Below, in pieces: positions 1-10,255 of a DNA stretch of 64,000 nucleotides (position 1 is the first letter of the stretch; every line of letters begins with the position of its first letter). The notes under the pieces are model-generated. The model did no database searches and was not told where the DNA came from. It saw nothing but the letters and a program-made list of their open reading frames with translations. The position numbers and the translations under genes were made by a program. Origin of the DNA: Lama glama (lineage: Eukaryota); contig CM052818.1 of assembly GCA_028534125.1 (NCBI GenBank), positions 39,124,001 through 39,188,000 on the forward strand, given 5' to 3'.

Positions 1-1024
1 CTGGGCCTGTTCTAAGACGAGTCTCGGCACGCGGGCAGAGAGGCGGGCGCCAGCTCTGTGGAGGGGTGGCTGGGGGGTGCCAGTGGTAGCTCTGATCTGG
101 CTTGGGCATCGCGACTGGCACTGGCTTCCAGGAACCCCCTCCCTCAACACAAACCTGACCTCTCAGGGTACCCCAAGGGAGAAAGGCTCTACAACCTTGA
201 CCTCGGGTTTCCCTTCTGGAAGCCCCGACCTGTAGTGCGTGGGAAATGCTACCGCGGGGGGTCTTTAATCCAAGTACGGATGGCTCCCTGCACTCTGGCC
301 CTGCCCTGGAATCCCCCGGAGCCATGAGGTATGTCTCTGAGTGGCAGGTGGGGACAGCTGAGGTCAGGGCGGTGTGCATGGAGGAAGGGGAGCATGCCCA
401 GGAGGTCCCCTAAAAGGTGCTCCTCCTCCGGGGCCCTGTTAGTGCCCTCACAGGTGCACATTCTTGGGCTGAAGGCGGAAGAGGCCCCCTCTTCCCTGCC
501 TGCTAGTTCCTGGGCCCCTCTGGCCTTGGGCCCTACACATCACCCCTCTGCAGGTCCCAGCTTGACTTGGGTCTCCAAGAGCTGATAAATCACTGTGCCT
601 GTCAGGCCGGAAATGCTGATGCTGCCCTGAGGCACTGGTGGGGCCCCACCCTCCTGGGGTGTCTTTATTTGGTGGGGAGAGAGTGGATTTCAGGGTCTTG
701 AGGCCAAAGCTGGGAGATCTGGGCCTCCTCAGTGGCCACGCATGCCTCCCTGGCAGCTTCCAAGTTAGGAAAGAAAAGCCCCCAGAGAGGAAGTGATTTA
801 GCTACCATCACCATGACATCCTGGGGCAGGGGGAGTCCCAGTGTCTTCCTGGGCCTGGGCTGTGGTCCTGCCCCTCCTACCCACTCCCACAAGGCTGGCT
901 GTGGCCAGCTTATCACCCCTACACCACTCTGGCCTCACTGACAAGGAATTGGGGCCACAGCTCCCAGATCCCAGCCTAGCCTGTCAGAACCCTAAAGGGG
1001 CTTAGACTTCTTCAGCCAAGCCTC

Positions 1025-1100
1025 TTCTGTTGTCCAGGTGGGAAACAGGTCCAGAGAGAGACAGAGAGATGCCCAGGTCACCAAGGAACAATACAGCAGG
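1025..1100 (-). mobile_element. MIR SINE fragment
   Basis: caggtgggaaacaggtccagagag...tgcccaggtcac resembles the reverse-complement MIR core. Confidence 0.5.
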
Positions 1101-4100
1101 ACACCTGGGGAAGCCACCCTGGTCAGGGCTCCTTTTCCCCTGAGAATCTTGATCTAAGATGCTTTGGGTTTGGCCCACTTGTCCCCTTGGGTCCATGCTC
1201 AGGCCATGTTAGCCAGGGCTAAAAGAGGGGGTACAAATGATCCCCCAAATGAGGGAAAGCAGAGTCACAAACCCTACTGCTGCGGGGCACAGGGGGTCTG
1301 GTAGGCCACGGGAGCAGGGCTGGGTGTTTGCAACTTTTCTTCCCCTGCTGCTCGAGGGGCAGGCTGGTACCCCTGGAAGATGGCTCTGTAGCTCCTGATC
1401 CCCTCCCTGCCCCTTCGCCCCAGTGGTGGGGTCCCTGGGGGAGCATCAGTGTCTCTGTGCTTGCTTTTGTTGGTTCAGCCTGGTCACTGCATCAGGCCAG
1501 CCTACGGGACGACGGCTGCCTGGAGAACCGAGGGGGTCCTGCTCAGCCCCAGGCAGGCAGGCAGGCCCGAGGCTCAGCCAGGCTCAGCCGGGCTCAGCCT
1601 CGGGACAGATGAGTCTTGCTTTTTTTTTCCTGCTTCTTGCTTTGCTGGGAATTAAGGGGTTGGTGCCTCTGGAAGCTCGGGGGTTCTCCTAGGTCCACAG
1701 TGAGGCCTCTTCTGCAGACTGGGCAGGCGCTGCATTGTACTGGCTGTGGAGAGTGGACATATCTGATGTATAGAGAGAATGTTCCAGAACTTGGTTGGAT
1801 CATTTTGCCTCTAGGGCTTGTATACAGGGCTATCTGATACCTCTTCTTTGAACATTGGACCTGAGTGGGGGTCTTGCCCTCCCCAGTGCCTCCCCCAGGC
1901 CACTCTGGGTCAGGCCTTTTCCTGTTGAGACTGCTCTCCAAGTGCAGTCTGCAGACCACCTACGGGAGCTGGGAGCTGGCAGTGTGCAGAGGCCTGGGCT
2001 TTGGCCCCAAAGCCACTGAATGAGCCTCAGGGATGGAGCTCAGACCTCATCTCCAACAGTCCTCTGGTGACTGTTAGGGATCCCCAGAAAGAGAGCCAGC
2101 CCCCAGCCTGGGTGCAGGTGATGGTATGGATGTCACTCCGGCTGTTTTGGCATCCTGACACACAGGTCGGGGGGTGAAGGCTGGGGTTCTGTAGCTCAGA
2201 CACCTCAGCCCCTGAGAGCTGTGAAGTCTGGGGGCAGGGGAATCAGCTCTTTTCCCTTGGATTCATAGATCTGACCAAGAAACTGAGGAAGGTAAAAAAA
2301 GATTTTGAAAAACTGAATCTCATTGAAGCGTCCCCAGGATTCCTGCTGTTGTGTGTGATTTTGATGGGCTAGGAATGAGGGGTGTTTATCCTGGAGTGAT
2401 TGTAGGGTCTGCTTGCTTTTGGACTCCTCAGTCTGGGCTCCTGGGACAAGCTGGGGTCCCCCTACCCAGTCAGCAGCCCCAGCAGTAGCACCAAGGCTGG
2501 CTGGTTGGGAAAGGCTGAGACCCAGGCCCTGTGACAAGGATCAGCTCTTCAGCCTTGGCTTCCTGAGCAATAGGGGGCCTTGTGGGTTCAGTGACCAGCT
2601 CCCACCACAGCGGCCAGGGCTTCTGTTGCCACACTGAGGCACTGTGACCAACAGATCCCCAAACCTCCCTTTCCCACTTTGCTGCCAAGGCTGCCATTCC
2701 ACTGGGGCCCCAGTGCTGCCAGAGCTGGGACTCAGGACTGAGTGTTGTCCTCACCTCTCCGGGGTCTGGCTGACAGCTTCACTGCCCAGCCCTAGTGTCC
2801 TCTGTAGGGTGACCCCCTGTACCCTAGCCTGCACAGTTCCCCCTTCCAGAAGCCTCCTGGAGTGGGGTGCCTGGATGTGTGCCCTGGGAGCTCACCAGGG
2901 CCAAGACAGACTATTTCTTACCCTCTTCTCCCCAAAACCCCTGGAATGATGGTCCCCTGAGTTTTGAAGTTGAAGACCCTCTTTAATATCAAAGTCTGTG
3001 ACCTCCTTGCATGATATTGTACTGTTGGCACATGACCTCAGTAATGTGTTTTAAAGGATTTGTGTTTATCCATCACATGAATCAAGCAGTGAGTGACATG
3101 TGTTAGTGACTCAGGGTGCAGCTTGGAAACTGCAGGTCTTTGGGTTGATGGAGTGGTGGGGGCCAGGGGCCAGATGGGCAACGTCTTTGGTCAGCCTGGA
3201 GTCAGAAACCCCTCACTTGAGCATCTCTGAGATGGCACTTGGATCCTGCCTTGTGACCCTCCTTCCCAAGGAGCTTTCATGCCCAAGGTGTTTGGAGGGA
3301 TGCAGCAGCATAGCCCCAGGCCCCCTCAGCCAGCCAGGGCAAGGGGTCCACCGGGTGGAGATGACCTTCCTCATGGCCAGGGTTGAGTGAGAGCTGGAAG
3401 AGTGGGCTTGAGGCCACCTTCATGGAGCTTCTCCGCCAGCCCTCTGCGCACAGACTCCCAGCCTGCTCTTGGGAACGTCTGACAGCCCGATGATGAAGAC
3501 CCTCAGCCCCTGGTAGCCCTGACCCTTTCTTGTCCATGCCACTCCCTCTCCACCTCTGCAGCTGGGCCAGCACCTTGGTCGCCTCGGCCTCTAGGCAGGA
3601 GTCAGGAATTCTTACTTGGTGATGATGGATGACACGCTTCTCCTGCGGCCCCTGGGGCCTGCAGCACTTCGAGGAGACTTAGGCATGTTTCCGTTAAAAC
3701 AGATGGGCCATCAGGGAAGGTGGTCCTTCAGGGCAGGGGAGAGGGAGAGAGATGGCAGGTGAGGGGAGCAAGCACTACCTACAACTCTGCAGACACTTAC
3801 TGCCCCTGCCTGGTGGCCTTGGGCAGGACCCTCACCCTTATCTGTGGGAGGTGCTGACTTGAGCCATCATCCTCTCTCAGGGGTCCTCCTGATGCAGCCC
3901 CGGCTGTGGTCCGGAGACCAGTATGGCTGAGATGAGATGGGCTGGCCGTTCCTTGCATTCTCTCAGTCCCCCAGCCTCTGTGCGTCTGCCCCACGACCCC
4001 CGTACCCGCCTGAGTCTAGACCTGCTTATAAGATTTTTGATTTGTTGTATGAAAAACTGATTTTTCTGGGCCTTCTAGAGGTGAAAGGGCCCCTCTAAAG

Positions 4101-5729
4101 GTACAACTGGCTTGCCTGTGTCTTCTCAGACTACCTAAGGTGGGTTCCAAGCTGGGCCACCCTGTCCCCGGCATCCCTGAGCCGTGGCCAAGTGTCAGAG
4201 GCCGTGCCAAGGAGAGCCCCACATGGGGCCTTGGAGGCAGCTGGCCGCAGTCTCGTAGCACAGCGGTCCTGCTAAGTGAAACCGGAAGTCTCACCCCAAA
4301 CTCCAGAGTCGGCTGGCACCTGGTGATCCAAGTTCAACCTCAGCAGCTGGGGAGCTGAGGCTGTTACAGGAGGTTCAGGCTGGAGATCTGGGAGGTCACT
4401 TCAGCCCATTCCCTCGGTGGAGACCCAGCCCTGAGAGGGGAGAGGCTGCCCTGAGGCTTGGGAGCCAGTTTCAGGGGAGAAAGTGTTTGCTTAAGAACTT
4501 GTTGTATAAACAAGATTGCAGAGGGATAAGCCAAGCCAAGCTGAGGGAACAAATTGTTTTCAAGGACTGGCAGATCCAAGGACTTATCTAGGCCTGAGAG
4601 AAGCCCTTCTCTTCGGAAACTACTAACCTGTTGGGGCTTCTCTGTGTAGGTGAGAGGCTGGGCCTCCCTGGTGTGAGCCTGCATCTTGGGAGGTGTCTCC
4701 AAGGTTGATGGGGTCCCTGTGTGCTGCGTTCTCTACAGGCCTCAGTTCCCCCATCTATAAAATAGGGCCTGGCGCCGATGACTGTCTTCTGCTTCGCAGT
4801 GCGGTGCGGCCAAGGCTGGTGTGGCTGCAGCCCTGGCCCCTTCTCCAGGTCCAGCTCTGTCTCCAAGGGTGGGAGTTGGAGCATCACCTCCTCGGGCCAC
4901 CTCCAGAGCTGCAAGGGCATTGGGTGAGGGTGAAGCAGGGAGGTCCCCTCAATACTTGCCCCCCTAAAGGTGCCCTGTGGGGATCATCTGCCATGGGCCT
5001 GGGGTGGGAGTATGTTGGGGTGGGGGTGCCCACTTTGTGCCTGCCTGGGGGGCAGTAGTCGTTGTAACTGAGGGGACAGACTTCAAGGAGGTGAGGGGCA
5101 GCTTTGAAGCTCTGTGGAGGCAGGACAGGTATTTCAAGCACCACCTGAGGACAGTGTGGACAGGATGTGGCCTGGGATGTGGGTCGAGAACAGGGACTGT
5201 GTGCATTGTAGATGGAGCGTGACAGCTTGGATGGGCCCTGCTGGGGCCAAAACATTTTTCTTGAGGGGCGGGGGGCAGTGAAGAGAGGAGGAGGTAAAGT
5301 TTGGGTTTTGTACTTTCATAGGAAGCTCAGTGGTATTTCTAGCCTCACGGTTTCTACACGTGTCTGAAGCTTCCCTCTGACCTGGGCCCTTGGATGGAGC
5401 CTCCACCTGCTGCAGCTCTGCTCCAGGCAAAGGTCTTGTCTGTCCCTCCCTGGTCTGCTCCACTCAAGGGGGAGGCTCTGTGGCCTGTGGCCAGGACTTG
5501 GCAAGGTCTCTTGGGCTGGGGAGGCCTGTTCCCTGGAGCCCAGCCTCGGGCGTGGCCTGCCCTCTGACAAGTCTGCACAGAGCCGCCCGTGAACTAGCTC
5601 CCTCCCACCGCCTCCTCTGCTGAAACCCTACCCATCTCCGTCCCACCTCTTCCTAGACAGGCCCAGAACCCTCTTCTCCATACTGAGCGGCTCTTGCTCC
5701 CCAAGTTAGAGCAGACATCACTGTTGGTG

Positions 5730-5925
5730 GGGTGCTTACTGCGTGCCAGGCTCTGTTAGGTTCTTTTTGTGCACAACTTCATTGAACTTTTGCAACAATC
5801 CCGGAACGTAGATATTACTACTGCTTCCATTTTACAGATGGGAAGACTAAGGCTGTAAGAGGGATAGCGATGTCCCCAGGGCTGCTCAGCTAGTAAGCAG
5901 CAAGGGTCGGGGTCTGCAAACCCCA
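5730..5925 (-). mobile_element. MIR SINE
   Basis: tgcttactgcgtgccaggctctg...ccattttacagatgggaagactaaggct...cagctagtaag matches the antisense MIR consensus. Confidence 0.85.
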
Positions 5926-6965
5926 TGTGCTCTGAACAATGCTGTTCTGTTTTTTAATTCATCTTTTGTTCTGGCCCCTGACATGGGACTGCAGCATGGG
6001 GTCTTTTGGGTCAAAGCCCTATTGTTGAACACAATACTCATGGCTACTCTTCCTGCCACCTGACCGCCGAGTCCTCCCTTCCCCACCTGCTGTCCTGGAG
6101 CCAGTGTTGAGGGGAGGTGGTCCCCCTGCCGCCCCGGGGTTCTGCGCAGGCCTGCTCAGCTGTGTGTGGTGTGTCCTGCCTCTGCCTGGCCCCACCCCTG
6201 GTCCTGCTGGTGCGGCCCCTGCTTCAGGGCCTGGTAGACGTGTGCACTAGGGCACCTGCAGCGTCTCAGGCCAGGCCAGGCCGGCAGCATTCCTGGGGTG
6301 GCTGTGTGCACCAGGGTCCACCCCAGGCTCACAGCCCATTTGCAGGAGCCTCCCTAGTACAGGACCCCTTCCAGATTCCCCCATCTGTCCCCAGCCTGGT
6401 GGATGTCCTGTCCTTCCTTCCCCAAGTAGATCTGCACCCTGTTTTTCCTGCAGATGAGAAAGCAGGCTAGGAGTGGGGTGTGTTCTGCGTGGGCAGACCT
6501 GCCTCAGCACAGACAGCTCACCCCATGCCCATCCCTGCCCCTCCCACTGTGGGGCCCTTGCTGTCCACACCCTGGTGCTCAGCATGCCTGGAGGCTGCCA
6601 CTCCGGAGCCAGGTGGTTATGACATTGTTCTTGGGGGCCCTTGGAAGCCTGTCTTGGACCCTGAAGCTCCCAGGCCAGTGGCCCCCAGGTCGTGAATCTC
6701 AGTGTAGGGTGGGCTGATGGGCTCCCACGGGCGCTGCAGCTTGTGTCCCCGGTAATGCTGTTGTCTCTCTGCTCCTCTGAGAGGCCTGGGGCTCCCTCAC
6801 CAGACTGAGCTTCTTGGGACAAGGGCCTGCCCTCCTTTGTGTGTTTCTCTACCTCTAGCACCTAGCGTAGGACTGTGTCATCATAGCACTAGGGGTTGGA
6901 GGTGGCCAAAGGGCTGCCCAGAGCTGAGGGGCTTGGAGCCACACATGAGGACTTCCTTTCTATGC

Positions 6966-6990
6966 TGTGTGTGTGTGTGTGTGTGTGTGT
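6966..6990. repeat. (TG)12 microsatellite
   Basis: Read directly from the sequence. Confidence 0.95.
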
Positions 6991-7092
6991 TTGGGGACAG
7001 GGCTGATTTACTCTGCTGTCTAGGACGAGGACCCCAGGATAGCAGGGCCCCAGCCCAGGCTCCACTCATATCCTTTTCTGATCATTTTCCAG

Positions 7093-7174
7093 CAAATCGT
7101 GGCCACAGATATGCCCCCCGAAGATCAGGATGGCTCTGGGGATGACTCTGACAACTTTTCTGGCTCAGGCGCAG
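7093..7174 (+). CDS. SDC1: Syndecan-1 coding exon 2 (82 bp), carrying the N-terminal heparan-sulfate attachment cluster
   Basis: Acceptor ttttccAG (7091-7092). Translates QIVATDMPPEDQDGSGDDSDNFSGSGA(G), matching human QIVATNLPPEDQDGSGDDSDNFSGSGAG. Donor GTGAGC at 7175. Not in the ORF track because it is short. Confidence 0.97.
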
Positions 7175-7294
7175 GTGAGCAGGCATGAGGGCCCCACCCC
7201 AAGACGGCAGCAGACCGTGGGCGGGGGTGGCAGTCAGGCAGCCCTCCTGGCTGGGCCCGAAGGGTGATGCTAGGAAGAGAACGGGGTCCACACT

Positions 7295-7428
7295 GCAGGT
7301 TATTTGACTTCTCCAAGCCTCTATTTCCTCATCTGTACAATGGGAGCAATGTCTTGACCTCATAAGGTTGTTGGGAGCTGTTAGGCTGCACAGAGCCTGG
7401 TGGGGTATAGATCTTCAATAAATGTTCC
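7295..7428 (+). mobile_element. MIR SINE in SDC1 intron 2
   Basis: ggttatttgacttctccaagcctctatttcctcatctgtacaatggg...acctcataaggttgttg...caataaatgtt. Confidence 0.85.
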
Positions 7429-8033
7429 TTTTTCTTCTTTGTTTCCCCTTTCTCTGGGGGAGCAAAATCCTTGGGCTGGAGGTGGTCAGGGAGGCCTCCC
7501 AGAGGGGGTGCTCTTGAACTAGACCTCAGAAGAGGGCTACAGTCGTCCACGGGGAAAGTGGCCTAGGCAGAGCCCCGGGAGCTGGGAGGTAAGAACCAGG
7601 CCTCTGTTTTGGGGAGCCTGGGCCTTTCTGGGTAAAGGGCAGGTGGAGCAGGGAGGGGCCAGAGAGATGTGTGTACTGGGGATAAGGCATTCAGGCCCCT
7701 GAGAATGTCCCCACCCAGGGAACGGGCTTCAGCAATCACAGGAAAGTTTCCTTCCCGGATGGCCTTGGTGTCTCATGGCTCCAGAGACCAGGCTGTCCCT
7801 ACACATCTGCAGCGGAAGAGGGCAGCTTCCCGGTCCGACTTCTAGAGGAAGTTGAGTTTAGTTTCGGCTAGTTCTTCCCCAGGAAACACAGCTTTCTCAC
7901 TTAAAGGAAGGGTTCACTGTGCTGGCCTGGGAGTCAGCCGTGTGTTCTCACCCCGCCTTCCTTGGCCTGTGCTTGGCTGGTCTTTGTGTTCCGGGGCCTT
8001 CCCCACCCACAAGCTCTGCTTCTGGCCCTGCAG

Positions 8034-8512
8034 GTGCTCTGCCAGATACCATCTTGTCACCACAGATGCCCTCCACCTGGAAGGACATGGGGCTTCTGAC
8101 AGCCATGCCCGTGGCTCCAGAGCCCACCAGCCCGGACACCTTTGCCGCCTCCACCTCTGTCCTGCTGACTGGAGAGCGGCGAGACGAGGAAGAGGCAGTG
8201 CTGGTGGCAAAGGTGGTGCCTGACTCTACAGCCCAAGAGAAGGAGGCCACCCACCCCCCTGGTGAGACCACGCTGCACCCAACCACCCACCGGGCATCAA
8301 CAGCCAGAGCCACCACGGCCCAGGGGCCTGCCACCTCCCATCCCCACAGGGACATGCAGCCTGACTACCACGAGACCTCAGCTCCCACAGGTCATGGCCA
8401 GCTCGACTCTCAAACTCCCAGGGTGGAGGGTGGAGGCCCTCCTGCCACTGAGAAGGCTCCTGAGGACGAAGCTTCTACCCAACTCCCAGTAGCAGAGGGC
8501 TCTGGGGAGCAG
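8034..8512 (+). CDS. SDC1: Syndecan-1 coding exon 3 (479 bp), Thr/Pro/Ser-rich ectodomain
   Basis: Acceptor ccctgcAG (8032-8033) and donor GTGTGT at 8513. Frame of ORF 7919..8767: ALPDTILSPQMPSTWKD...ATSHPHRDMQP...AEGSGEQ, collinear with human SDC1. Phase is consistent with exons 2 and 4. Confidence 0.97.
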
Positions 8513-9077
8513 GTGTGTGTCAGCCCACTGTCGTCTAATGCATTTCCTGGGACATTGGATGGCAGTGGGCAGGGTGGCCCCCGGTACCTGGGAGAGCACA
8601 GTGCATGGGGTGAGGGGCACCGGCCTGGCCATCTGACACACCCAACCCCCTGTGCTTGTGAGCACATCGTGTTTCCCACCATGGGCCTCCCCCCACCCCC
8701 CAGGGCTGAGCCTAGGGCAGGACGGACTCAACAGGAGACCAGAGCAAGAGTCCTTCACGATCACTGAGGAGAGGGCTTCCTAAACTTAGGCCTCGGCTGT
8801 GACTGCGAAAGCTCTGCCGGGTCTGAGTTTTCTCTTTAGGGTCATGGTCATTTTACCCTTTACAGTAAAATGAACCTATTTATTTTCATATAAAAAGTGT
8901 GCTTTGTATCACTCGGTGTGATACCCCTGCCAGGGTCCAGGGTGATGTGGCGAGAGGGACCTGGCTTTGGGGTCCAGGAGGTCTGGGTTTGGGAGTGTCT
9001 GAGTGGTGGTGGCAGTGACAGGGAGGCTGGAGATGGAACTGGATGCAGCCCCCAACCTGATCCCCCCACTGCCGCAG

Positions 9078-9213
9078 GACTTCACCTTTGATGTATCCGA
9101 GGAGAACAACCCGAGGGCCGCGGAGGAACCTGACCAGCGGAATGAGCTTCCAGTGGATCCTGGGGCCACGGGGGCCTCACAGGGCCTCTTGGACAGGAAG
9201 GAAGTGCTAGGGG
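9078..9213 (+). CDS. SDC1: Syndecan-1 coding exon 4 (136 bp), juxtamembrane/shedding region
   Basis: Acceptor gccgcAG (9076-9077). Encodes DFTFDVSEENNPRAAEEPDQRNELPVDPGATGASQGLLDRKEVLG. Donor GTGAGT at 9214. Confidence 0.97.
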
Positions 9214-9384
9214 GTGAGTTTTCTCTCTGGTGGGTGGTGGGGGGTGGCAAACTGCTGCTCTGGGGATGGGGGGCTGTCTTTAGCCCTGGTGGGGCTGCCC
9301 ACAGCCAAGGCCACCTCTGGGGCTGCTGCTGAGCGCAAGGAGCAGCCGAGCTGAGCTGGCCTCTGTCCTCCCTGCCCGCCCCAG

Positions 9385-9554
9385 GGGTCATTGCTGGAGG
9401 CCTCGTGGGCCTCATCTTCACCGTGTGCCTGGTGGGTTTCATGCTGTACCGGATGAAGAAGAAGGATGAGGGCAGCTACTCCTTGGAGGAGCCAAAACAA
9501 GCCAATGGCGGGGCCTACCAGAAGCCCAGCAAGCAGGAGGAGTTCTACGCCTGA
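9385..9554 (+). CDS. SDC1: Syndecan-1 exon 5 coding part: transmembrane helix and cytoplasmic C1-V-C2 domains ending in the PDZ ligand EFYA
   Basis: Acceptor gccccAG (9383-9384). Encodes (G)VIAGGLVGLIFTVCLVGFMLYRMKKKDEGSYSLEEPKQANGGAYQKPSKQEEFYA, stop TGA 9552-9554. Confidence 0.98.
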
Positions 9555-10220
9555 CCGGGGAGTGCTTCTCCCCTCCCCCTGCCACTCGCTAGGCCTCCAC
9601 TTGCCTCTTCTGTGAAGAACTGCAGACCCTGCCTCCCCTGCCACATGCCACCTCCCTGGTGCTCCCTGCCGGTGGCTCCCTGCCCGCGGAGTCCAGGCTG
9701 TGCCCAGGGACTCCCTTCTGCTTCTCTGACTTCTGCCTGGAGACTTGGGCACAAGGGCTTTCTCACGTACGATCGACCTTTCCACCGCAGCCAGCACTGG
9801 GCATCCCACCACGCCGATCAAGTTTCTCCAAACCGGAGCAGCCTCTCCCCAGGCCCAGCCCTGCAGAGAAGGGAGACCCTGCTGTGCTGGACCCGGATGG
9901 CTCACCGTGGCTGGAAGATGCTGTGGCTGAGGGCTGACACACCTGTAGCACTTACTGGTAGAGGCCAACAGGCTTGGGGACGTTTCCCTTTGAGTGGCGG
10001 GGAGAGGAGGTCAGAGCTCTGTCAGAATTCACTTTGCTTTGTGGGGAGGTGTAACTTAGATGTCAACTTGTTTTTGCACATGTTCCCTCTAGTTTCTTTG
10101 TTCATAGCCCAGTAGACTTTGTTACTTCCAACGTAAGTTAAGTAAGTTGATTCGGTCATCCCCCATCTGCTTCCCTCGTCTACCGTCAGGAGATAGCATC
10201 AGGGTTAAGAAGACCTTCCT

Positions 10221-10255
10221 CTTCTTCTTCTTCTTCTTCTTTTTTTTTTTTTTTT
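10221..10255 (+). repeat. (CTT)7 merging into T16 in the SDC1 3'UTR
   Basis: Read directly from the sequence. Confidence 0.95.

Larger units (their letters stand above)
1..7092 (+). other. SDC1: Distal part of SDC1 intron 1 (exon 1 and promoter are outside the window)
   Basis: No MRRAALWLWL-type signal-peptide exon or CpG island was seen upstream of exon 2; SDC1 intron 1 is known to be long. Confidence 0.85.

Noticed and set aside
4738..4770. CTATAAAATAG as a TATA or MEF2 site
   Set aside because: Lies in a MIR core remnant (gcctcagttcccccatctataaaatagg) and has the wrong spacing for MEF2.
7417..7422. AATAAA in SDC1 intron 2
   Set aside because: Part of the usual MIR 3' end; there is no independent evidence of use, although it cannot be excluded without 3'-end data.
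9321..9332. C-terminal GCC of the intron-4 read-through peptide as a prenylation motif
   Set aside because: Rab-type CC prenylation needs a Rab fold and REP, and this tail would be luminal.
7914..9968. Long antisense or alternative-frame ORFs over SDC1 (7948..8355-, 8909..9442-, 9207..9968-, 9612..10115+)
   Set aside because: Shadow ORFs of GC-rich coding and UTR sequence; non-ATG starts and no recognisable domains.
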